A stretch of DNA of 16,910 nucleotides, taken from contig NJBF01000054.1 in assembly GCA_003144275.1 (NCBI GenBank), positions 1 to 16,910 of the forward strand. The letters are read 5' to 3'. This DNA comes from Candidatus Heimdallarchaeota archaeon B3_Heim (GTDB taxonomy: Archaea > Asgardarchaeota > Heimdallarchaeia > Hodarchaeales > Hodarchaeaceae). The position numbers were made by a program, and so were the translations under genes. The notes under the pieces were generated by a model. That model worked only from the letters and a program-made list of their open reading frames with translations. It made no database searches and was not told where the DNA came from. Shown piece by piece: positions 1 to 6,219 of this stretch. The first letter of the stretch is position 1. Every line of letters begins with the position of its first letter.

Positions 1-95
1 GCGATCCTTGAGATGAAAGCCTCGGGCGTTACCGCTCGCGCAGGGAGTTTGTATGCATTGGCTCGCCCGTAAAATAAGGGGTCTGCCGTAAACAT

Positions 96-626
96 TTGAG
101 TGTGCTGGTTAGCCATGGTGTTAATCCCTGGATTGGCTTGATAATCGGCGGTGTCGTGGCGATGATTGGCGGCCTATTCATGGGATTCCTTTGCTTTCGT
201 CAGAGGGTGCGGGGAGTCTATTTTGCACTGGCGACACTTGCATTTGCTGAAATACTGCGTCTTACCGCCACCAATGCTGAATTTGTTCGCAAGTCAATGG
301 GTATCCAGGTTCCGTTGCGGGGTGGTGATTCCTGGCTACATTTCCAGTTCGAGACCACAATCGTCCCCTACTACTACATAATGTGTGTGATGGTTCTCGT
401 TTCAATTCTGGTTGTGTATTTCATTGAACGAAACAAACCGGGCTATTATTTCAAAGCCATCCATCAGAGCGAAGAGGCTGCTGCTGCACTGGGAGTAAAC
501 CTCCTCCGTTACAAGATGATGGCAATGGGCCTGAGCTGTTTTATGACAGCCGTGGGAGGGAGCTTTTATGCTCCATATTTCTTCTTTATTGACATAGGTG
601 AAATTAATTCAATTTGGTTTGAATGA
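96..626 (+). CDS. livM: Branched-chain amino acid ABC transporter permease (LivM/HAAT family) fragment, truncated at both ends
   Basis: The translation contains the LivM core (RQRVRGVYFALATLAFAEILRL, YYFKAIHQSEEAAAALGVNLLRYKMMAMGLSCFMTAVGGSFYA). An in-frame TAA at 75-77 removes the expected N-terminal TM segments, and the ORF starts at a TTG. Family similarity fades near nt 570-593, where the DNA turns AT-rich. The last ~12-15 codons are antisense read-through of the neighbouring gene. Confidence 0.6.
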   Translation: MSVLVSHGVNPWIGLIIGGVVAMIGGLFMGFLCFRQRVRGVYFALATLAFAEILRLTATNAEFVRKSMGIQVPLRGGDSWLHFQFETTIVPYYYIMCVMVLVSILVVYFIERNKPGYYFKAIHQSEEAAAALGVNLLRYKMMAMGLSCFMTAVGGSFYAPYFFFIDIGEINSIWFE

Positions 627-1246
627 TGTGTACGTTCTGGACGAACTATTGCTGCAGGGATTTTTTCATCATTCAGCAAAATAAATGTTGGCCATATGAA
701 AACTTTGCCAAAAACACGATCTCCATCCTTAAAACCTGAAATGAATTTGGCAGGTAATCTTAATAAACGTTCAAAATTACGTATCGTAACTTCATCTAGT
801 ATCTGCAAATTCAAAGTTCCTGGGAATGGAGTAAAGTCTAGAACCATTGAAAATTGGTTCTGATAGGCTTTTTGCCCCATGTAATATGCTCCTTCAGCCA
901 TTCCCGTAATAACCTTTCCTCGAAGAATTATTTTTTCTGAAATCACCCTTCCACTGGTTGTAAGAATCATCCACAAATCTGTAAATATCTGTTCCAAATT
1001 AGCAATACCCTCAGGTGTAATCTTTATGGAATTTCCCCTTTGTGAGTAGTTCCTGACAATTAAATTCATATTCTCCATTTCCACAAGTTTTCGTGAAGTT
1101 GATTGCTGAGATATTCCGATAGAATTACCCAATTCAGAAGTAGTGCATGTAACAAGTCGTCTACCTCCACCCATCTTTCCTAATGTAATAAGTATATCTA
1201 AGTAATTAAACAGGGGATTTTTAGGTTTTTTTGGAGTAGTTTTCAT
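566..1246 (-). CDS. ribK: CTP-dependent archaeal riboflavin kinase with N-terminal winged-HTH domain (RbkR-like bifunctional kinase/regulator)
   Basis: The C-terminal domain has archaeal RibK hallmarks (PFPGTLNLQ, GFKDGDRVFG, IVRPERTHH). The N-terminal ~80 aa look like a MarR/wHTH domain (TTSELGNSIGISQQSTSRKLVEMENMNLIVRN). The start is placed at the ATG at 1246 (MKTTPKK) rather than the ORF-track start at 1279. The 3' end sits on the compositional breakpoint. Confidence 0.8.
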   Translation of the reverse strand: MKTTPKKPKNPLFNYLDILITLGKMGGGRRLVTCTTSELGNSIGISQQSTSRKLVEMENMNLIVRNYSQRGNSIKITPEGIANLEQIFTDLWMILTTSGRVISEKIILRGKVITGMAEGAYYMGQKAYQNQFSMVLDFTPFPGTLNLQILDEVTIRNFERLLRLPAKFISGFKDGDRVFGKVFIWPTFILLNDEKIPAAIVRPERTHHSNQIELISPMSIKKKYGA

Positions 1247-1277
1247 CGTCAATAAGCTCCTATGGATAATTATAACC

Positions 1278-1327
1278 ATTTACAATATATTTAAATTTCT
1301 ACTTGATTTTGGGTAGATATTGTAAAT
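1278..1327. promoter_or_regulatory. 11-bp perfect inverted repeat (ATTTACAATAT / ATATTGTAAAT) flanking a TATA-like TTTAAAT, upstream of the RbkR-like gene
   Basis: Nt 1278-1288 are the exact reverse complement of nt 1317-1327. The 28-nt spacer contains ATTTAAATTT. The element lies 32-81 nt upstream of the ATG at 1246 (minus strand). Confidence 0.3.
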
Positions 1328-1447
1328 ATTCAGAGATTTTCCGAACGCGAATGTTAGAGGCCAAAAAAATCTTCAGTTTAGGCATTGTTGAGGAATATAC
1401 CTAGAATTTTTATAATTACTGTTAAAATGAATTATACTGTATTAAAG

Positions 1448-1581
1448 GGGCGCATAGCTCAGCAAGGTAGAGCGGCTGGCTCTTAAAAAAGGATTCAGTA
1501 AATATACCCTTTATAGCATAAGTATTCACGAATCCTTTTAGAGAAACCAGTTGGTCGGGGGTTCAAGTCCCTCTGCGCCCG
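1448..1581 (+). tRNA. tRNA-Lys (anticodon CUU) with intron at canonical 37/38 position
   Basis: Hand-folded cloverleaf. Acceptor GGGCGCA (1448-1454) pairs with TGCGCCC (1574-1580), with discriminator G at 1581. D arm is GCTC-AGCAAGGTA-GAGC. Anticodon stem GCTGG (1475-1479) pairs with CCAGT (1547-1551), and the loop begins C-T-CTT-A. T arm is GGGGG-TTCAAGT-CCCTC. No CCA is encoded. Exons total 74 nt. Confidence 0.85.
1486..1545 (+). other. tRNA-Lys intron (~60 nt, canonical position)
   Basis: This segment interrupts the anticodon loop after position 37. It contains a 10-bp internal helix, AAAAGGATTC paired with GAATCCTTTT. The boundary is ambiguous by 1-2 nt because both junctions are flanked by A residues. 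Confidence 0.7.
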
Positions 1582-1690
1582 TCAAAATTAATTTATTTAT
1601 TGAAATCAACTATAATTTCAATTATACTTGATTTATTTTTCTCGATGTAGAGAGACAATTTTCATTTGGGGCGAAGCTCATTAAATACAG

Positions 1691-2761
1691 GTGATAAAGA
1701 TCATACGAGATATAAACTCTTCTCTTGGAGTTAAACTTCCCCGTATTCAAGCAGAAGAGGCTCGTCTTCGATTAATAAAGGCAGGGATTTTGTTAAAAGC
1801 TAAAAAGATAATCAAAAATCGAGATTTCGTATATTTACCAATTTCTGATTCAGCTAGCCTTGTTAATATTTTAGAAGATCTTGAGTATCAAATTGAATAT
1901 CAGGTCTTTCCTGATGAACTGTTAAAACCTTCAATTATTGATTCATTAAAGCTAGAATTCCCTGATGAACCATGGGAGGAGATTTCAGTTAAATTCGATC
2001 AAATTGGTGAGATCGGGTTATTACGATTAGATAGTGAGCTAACCTCGAAGGCTTTTCGATTGAAAGTAGGAACAAAAATATTGAGCGCTTACCCCAAAAT
2101 TAACTCTGTATTGAACAAATTGGATATTACAGAAGGAATAAAGAGAACTTTTCCTATAGAATTTCTCGCTGGGGAAGAAAAATACGAGAGCTGGCATAAA
2201 GAGTATGGCGTTCTTATAAAAGTTGATTTAAAGAACGCATATTTTAACCCACGGCTTGCAGAGGAACATAGGCGACTTTCTTTAGAAGTTACTAATGACG
2301 ATCGAATTTTGGATTTATTTACTGGAGTAGGCCCCTTCTCCCTCCATTGCGCTAAAGAACATCATTGCGAAGTAATAGCTGTCGATATTAACCCCTATGC
2401 AATAAAAAACCTGAATGCTAGTATTAAACGGAATAAACTCAAAGGGTCTATTATTCCGATTATTGGAGATGCTGGAAAAGTTTTTCGTGAGAACAGATAT
2501 TTTGATAGAATAATAATCAATTTACCTAATCACTCAATCAATTATCTTGCATACGCATCAAAACTTGTGAAAAATGGTGGAATCATTACCTTTTACCAGT
2601 TTGTGGAAAAAAATATTCAACCCCCACAATCTCTCGTCTCCATAATAGATGAAAAGCTTAAGAATGTCTGTACGTATGACATTCTTACAAATCGTGTTGG
2701 ACGAGAAGTCTCACCGTCTCGAATTCAAGTAAATGTTGACCTTCGTATCTATAACGAATAA
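1691..2761 (+). CDS. trm5: tRNA (guanine37-N1)-methyltransferase Trm5 / Taw22-type (Met-10+ family class I SAM MTase)
   Basis: Family motifs are present: YFNPRLAEEHRRL, ILDLFTGVGPFSLHCAK, VIAVDINPYAIKNLNASIKRNKL, FDRIIINLPNHS and GGIITFYQF. The start codon is GTG. Confidence 0.8.
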   Translation: MIKIIRDINSSLGVKLPRIQAEEARLRLIKAGILLKAKKIIKNRDFVYLPISDSASLVNILEDLEYQIEYQVFPDELLKPSIIDSLKLEFPDEPWEEISVKFDQIGEIGLLRLDSELTSKAFRLKVGTKILSAYPKINSVLNKLDITEGIKRTFPIEFLAGEEKYESWHKEYGVLIKVDLKNAYFNPRLAEEHRRLSLEVTNDDRILDLFTGVGPFSLHCAKEHHCEVIAVDINPYAIKNLNASIKRNKLKGSIIPIIGDAGKVFRENRYFDRIIINLPNHSINYLAYASKLVKNGGIITFYQFVEKNIQPPQSLVSIIDEKLKNVCTYDILTNRVGREVSPSRIQVNVDLRIYNE

Positions 2762-2796
2762 TAAACCATATAAGAAAAGCAGGAGTATTAAATCGA

Positions 2797-3465
2797 GTGT
2801 CGACTCTTCACCAAGCTAAAGATCGTTTGATTCAAAATTATAAAGCAAGAGGACTTGTGAAAGACGAGTTAGCGTTCAGAGCTTTTAAAGAAGTACCAAG
2901 AGAGATGTTTCTTCCAGAAAATTCTCGATCTTCAGCATATTCGGATCATCCATTACCATTAATGAATACGGGACAGACGATCTCAGCCCCGCATATGACC
3001 ATTATGATTTTGGAATATTTAGAGCTCACTCCAGGTTTAAAAGTGCTAGAAGTAGGTGCTGGTTCAGGGTATCAAGCTGCATTAATTGCAGCAGCAATTA
3101 CATCTTCTGATGAAGTCGGACATGTTTATTCTCTCGAAATTGTACCTGAACTTGTTAACTATGCTCGAAAGAATATGGTAGAAACAGGATATGATGATCG
3201 TGTAACGGTAATCTCAGGAGATGGTACGCTAGGCTATGAAGATGCTTCCCCTTATGATCGAATCATTCTCACCGCAGCCGGACCAAAATTACCACCCCCG
3301 TTATTCGAACAGCTTGAAATAGGAGGGATTTTAGTAATGCCAGTCGGAACACCAAGAATGTGGCAAGTTATGACTAAATTTCGTAAAACTACTAAAACAG
3401 ATTTTTCTCAGGAAGTATTATCTTCTGTTGCTTTCGTACCTCTAAGAGGACAATATGGAATCTAA
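2797..3465 (+). CDS. pcm: Protein-L-isoaspartate O-methyltransferase (PIMT)
   Basis: Motifs TISAPHMTIMILEYL, KVLEVGAGSGYQAALIA, GDGTLGYEDASPYDRIILTAA and FVPLRG are present. AGGAG lies ~12 nt upstream of the GTG start. The stop codon overlaps the stop of the convergent fen gene. Confidence 0.9.
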   Translation: MSTLHQAKDRLIQNYKARGLVKDELAFRAFKEVPREMFLPENSRSSAYSDHPLPLMNTGQTISAPHMTIMILEYLELTPGLKVLEVGAGSGYQAALIAAAITSSDEVGHVYSLEIVPELVNYARKNMVETGYDDRVTVISGDGTLGYEDASPYDRIILTAAGPKLPPPLFEQLEIGGILVMPVGTPRMWQVMTKFRKTTKTDFSQEVLSSVAFVPLRGQYGI

Positions 3466-4517
3466 CCACTGAAAAATTTGTCAAGTGTACTTTGATTCGC
3501 AATCCGTTGAAGTGATTTTATCTGTCTCTGAATACGTTCTGGTTTAAAACCACGCTCCTCAACTAAGAATTTTTGTACTCTTGCAGGTCGAGGATTAGAA
3601 AAAGTGATCTCAGTGTTCTCATTCACTTCAGGAGATCGGAAATATTTGAGCAGCACTTCGGGTGGATAAGGAAATATCTCTTCTAGATCATAATTTGCAT
3701 CGAGATACGATAATAAAGAGTCTAAAGATGGATATTTTTGTACCAGTTTCAGAGCGGTTTTAGGGCCAATTCCTCTAATCCCTTTGGGATTATAATCCGT
3801 ACCTATAAGTAGTCCAAGAAGAATTAACTGGTCTCTGTCCTTAAGCTGCATTTCAGCTAGTAATTGCTTTAACTGAATTCTTTCAGTTTCCACATCAACA
3901 AAACGTTGTTGATTTGGGAGCTTTCGTCTTTGAGTTACCCCAAGGTTTCGGATAACAATCGGGCATCCAAATAGGAAAGAATCATAATCTTGAGATGCCA
4001 TTGCGGTAATAATCCCTTGTTGTGTCAGTATTGCCCCCTGCGCCTCGGCTTCCGAGGGGGCCTGTACAATCGGGATTCCTAAATAGCGAAGAAGAGTCTT
4101 GGTATCATCTAAAATCTCAGGAGTTATTCGTGATGTTGCTTGTGCATATTTAGCTGCCTCCTCCATATCACCAGCCGCTATCGCAATCTCCCTGTTGACT
4201 TCAGCATTCTTCTTCCTTTCTTTTCTGGAAATAATTTCTGCTTTCTTAAATTCAGGGGGCTTACCATCAAATATAAATATCGGATGAACATCATGGACGA
4301 GAAAATAAGTAAGTCTGGGAAATAAACCCAATAAATGGCTAGTAACATGACCATTCGAATCTGTGAAATAACCTCCACCAGTTGATTTATCTCTAATTCT
4401 TGCTAAAAAAGCATATATAGTATTATAAGCGTCAAATCCAATTTTATTGCCAGACAATGCATTTATTGTAATAATTTGACGGCTATTAGTGAACAACTTC
4501 CCAATTTGTGTACCCAT
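3462..4517 (-). CDS. fen: Flap endonuclease 1 (FEN1)
   Basis: The N-terminal XPG-N signature is MGTQIGKLF...IGFDAYNTIYAFLARIR...TSHLLGLFPRLTYFL. The XPG-I and H3TH regions are APSEAEAQGA and LLIGTDYNPKGIRGIGPKTALKLV. The start is placed at the ATG at 4517, since family members begin MG. The ORF-track TTG at 4526 is less likely. Confidence 0.9.
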   Translation of the reverse strand: MGTQIGKLFTNSRQIITINALSGNKIGFDAYNTIYAFLARIRDKSTGGGYFTDSNGHVTSHLLGLFPRLTYFLVHDVHPIFIFDGKPPEFKKAEIISRKERKKNAEVNREIAIAAGDMEEAAKYAQATSRITPEILDDTKTLLRYLGIPIVQAPSEAEAQGAILTQQGIITAMASQDYDSFLFGCPIVIRNLGVTQRRKLPNQQRFVDVETERIQLKQLLAEMQLKDRDQLILLGLLIGTDYNPKGIRGIGPKTALKLVQKYPSLDSLLSYLDANYDLEEIFPYPPEVLLKYFRSPEVNENTEITFSNPRPARVQKFLVEERGFKPERIQRQIKSLQRIANQSTLDKFFSG

Positions 4518-4613
4518 GATCCTCAAAAATATGAGAGAAATTTGAAATAAAAAGGCTTCTCAAAAATATTAAATAAATTTAAAATTACCTTACATCTGAG
4601 TAGCTTTTCGTCT

Positions 4614-4688
4614 GGGCCGGTGGTCTAGCCCGGTTATGACGCCACCCTTACAAGGTGGAAGTCGGCAGTTCAAATCTGCTCCGGCCCA
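4614..4688 (+). tRNA. tRNA-Val (anticodon UAC), no intron
   Basis: Acceptor GGGCCGG (4614-4620) pairs with CCGGCCC (4681-4687), with discriminator A at 4688. The anticodon arm is CCACC-CTTACAA-GGTGG. The T arm has a GTTCAAATC loop region. An AT-rich TTTAAAAT box lies ~30 nt upstream. Confidence 0.9.
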
Positions 4689-4719
4689 TTCTCTCAATAT
4701 AAAATATGAGGTACTATAG

Positions 4720-5034
4720 ATGGCTGGTGAACTTTTACATCTCATTCGTGACGCGGAAAAGAAGGCTGAAAAAATTGAACAAGAAGCAACCGTTGAATCA
4801 AAGGCTGTTCTAATCCGCGCTAAAGAGACAGCAAAACGATTATTACAGGACTCAACTACAACAAAACAAGTAGATGATGTGAATATACAATCTGAAATCC
4901 AGAATCAAATTTCTGACCAGAAAGAACAACTTACGTCAAAATTTCGAGAAAAAGAAGAAGATCTAAAAGAAAATGCAGTAAAAAACAGACAGGAAGCTGT
5001 TGAAACTGTCCTAAAAATGGTTCTTGAGAGCTAA
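4720..5034 (+). CDS. atpH: A/V-type ATP synthase peripheral-stalk subunit H (V-ATPase G-like coiled coil), tentative
   Basis: This is a 104-aa charged all-helical protein whose N-terminus (LIRDAEKKAEKIEQEATVESKAVLIRAKETAKRLL) is typical of archaeal AtpH. It lies 13 nt upstream of an atpF homologue. The sequence is low-complexity, so the assignment rests partly on context. Confidence 0.45.
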   Translation: MAGELLHLIRDAEKKAEKIEQEATVESKAVLIRAKETAKRLLQDSTTTKQVDDVNIQSEIQNQISDQKEQLTSKFREKEEDLKENAVKNRQEAVETVLKMVLES

Positions 5035-5047
5035 GAAGTGAAAATCA

Positions 5048-5362
5048 ATGAATCTTGTAGCAGTTGGTAATCCAGAGACATGTTCTTGGCTAAAACTCGC
5101 AGGAGTAGGAGAAATTTATCCTATTGAAGATGAGGCAATAATTGATACATTGTCAATTCTCACTGATTTATGGCAGCGGGAAGACGTAAGTATTATCCTG
5201 ATCACTTCAGATGTCGCAGAGAAATATCATCAGCCTATTAGTAATTATATGGCAAAGAACTTATATCCAGTTATTCTGGAAATTCCATCACAGGTAAAAG
5301 GAACAAAAGATCCCGTAGCGGAATTAATTCGACAGGCAGTTGGTATCAAATTAGAATTTTAG
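5048..5362 (+). CDS. atpF: A/V-type ATP synthase subunit F
   Basis: The 104-aa length and the pattern MNLVAVGNPETCSWLKLAGVGE...VSIILITSDVAEKY...YPVILEIPS...DPVAELIRQAVGIKL match the subunit F family. Confidence 0.75.
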   Translation: MNLVAVGNPETCSWLKLAGVGEIYPIEDEAIIDTLSILTDLWQREDVSIILITSDVAEKYHQPISNYMAKNLYPVILEIPSQVKGTKDPVAELIRQAVGIKLEF

Positions 5363-5369
5363 TATAGAT

Positions 5370-5504
5370 GCGGGGGTTTCCCAGCCAGGTCAAAGGCATC
5401 AAATTGAAAATTCGATGATTTGCTATCATTGAAAGCCGACTAAAGGAGCTGGACTTAGGATCCAGTCGCATAGGCGTTCGTGAGTTCAAATCTCACCCCC
5501 CGCA
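5370..5504 (+). tRNA. tRNA-Leu (anticodon UAG), class II, with non-canonical intron in the D-arm
   Basis: Acceptor GCGGGGG (5370-5376) pairs with CCCCCGC (5497-5503), with discriminator A at 5504. The anticodon arm CTGGA-CTTAGGA-TCCAG (5449-5465) is uninterrupted. A long variable arm TCGCATAGGCGTTC and a T arm GTGAG-TTCAAAT-CTCAC follow. The D region CCAGCCAGGTCAAAGG is followed by ~50 extra nt before the 3' D-stem and position 26. Exons total 85 nt. Confidence 0.8.
5397..5446 (+). other. tRNA-Leu intron (~50 nt) at a non-canonical D-arm position
   Basis: AAAGG occurs at both junctions (5392-5396 and 5442-5446), so the splice point can lie anywhere between D-loop position ~20 and 24/25. Only the downstream copy (AAAGGAG) lets T10 pair with A25. 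The intron contains a GATGAT-TTGCT-ATCATT hairpin. Confidence 0.6.
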
Positions 5505-5533
5505 TTTTTAACATTTAATTCCAGTGATTAGTT

Positions 5534-6181
5534 ATGGAAGAATTACAAACAATATTTGGAAAAATTAGTGAGGAGTTAACCAAAGCCAATTCTGTTCGTG
5601 GAAAAATTTTGATACTCTCTCGAAAAGCAATTCAGAAATCCTCGATTGCAATAAAGCATTTACACCGTGCTGAATTCCAAGAAGCTGACAAATTAATAAT
5701 GGAAAACAAAGAGTTGATTATTGAGATTAATGAACTATCTAATCAGATGGAACAGGTTCGCTTTGGTATGATTTTATCATGTAATCAAGAATACGCCGAA
5801 GCTGTTTTCCTTCAATCTTTTTTGACCCAAGCCCCTTTTCCTACCTTTACTGATCTACAGATTCCTTATTTAGGTTATATTCATGGAATTCCAGATTTTG
5901 TAGGAGAATTACGTAGAGTTATTCTCGATACTTTGAGGAAGGAGGATAATATTGAGATTGCGGTGAATGCTTTAGATTTGATGGATGATTTATACACCTT
6001 ATTACTCACGATTGATTTTCCAGATAGTTTAACATATAATCTTCGCAAAAAAACTGATTTTGTACGGAATCTTACAGAAAGAACTCGTGGAGACGTCACG
6101 TTAGCATTGAATCGTCTCCAATTAGTAAAAACTTTCAAAGAAATCCTTGAACATAAATCAACTAGAGAAAACCAAGATTGA
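5534..6181 (+). CDS. Translin/TRAX family protein (archaeal C3PO-like RNase candidate)
   Basis: Translin-fold pattern: REKILILSRKAIQKSSIAIKHLHR, NQEYAEAVFLQSFL, YLGYIHGIPDFVGELRRVILD and LRKKTDFVRNLTERTRGD. The ExxE (EYAEA) and DxxGE (DFVGE) motifs align with the TRAX catalytic acidic residues. Confidence 0.75.
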   Translation: MEELQTIFGKISEELTKANSVRGKILILSRKAIQKSSIAIKHLHRAEFQEADKLIMENKELIIEINELSNQMEQVRFGMILSCNQEYAEAVFLQSFLTQAPFPTFTDLQIPYLGYIHGIPDFVGELRRVILDTLRKEDNIEIAVNALDLMDDLYTLLLTIDFPDSLTYNLRKKTDFVRNLTERTRGDVTLALNRLQLVKTFKEILEHKSTRENQD

Positions 6182-6219
6182 TAGGTATTTTTAGAAGATA
6201 AGAAAAATCTGGGGTAGAT

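Noticed and set aside
1-72. Partial ORF at the extreme left edge (AILEMKASGVTARAGSLYALARP-stop)
   Set aside because: It is only 23 codons with no recognisable motif, and it is not in frame with the LivM fragment, so it cannot be assigned.
166-381. 71-aa alternative-frame ORF within the LivM fragment
   Set aside because: It is an out-of-frame overlap with a frame showing clear LivM similarity. Such ORFs are common in G+C-richer DNA.
1599-1622. A/T-only hairpin ATTGAAAT-CAACTATA-ATTTCAAT after tRNA-Lys
   Set aside because: The 8-bp stem is made only of A-T pairs in AT-rich spacer. Archaeal termination relies on T-tracts rather than hairpins, so the stability and significance are doubtful.
4099-4378. 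Three 61-66-aa ORFs (two on the plus strand, one on the minus strand in another frame) inside the FEN1 gene
   Set aside because: They are fully nested in a strongly supported CDS, have low-complexity hydrophobic translations and match no recognisable family. They are typical shadow ORFs.
5881-6138. 85-aa minus-strand ORF inside the translin-like gene
   Set aside because: It is nested antisense to a CDS with clear family motifs, and its basic low-complexity translation is typical of antisense AT-rich coding DNA.
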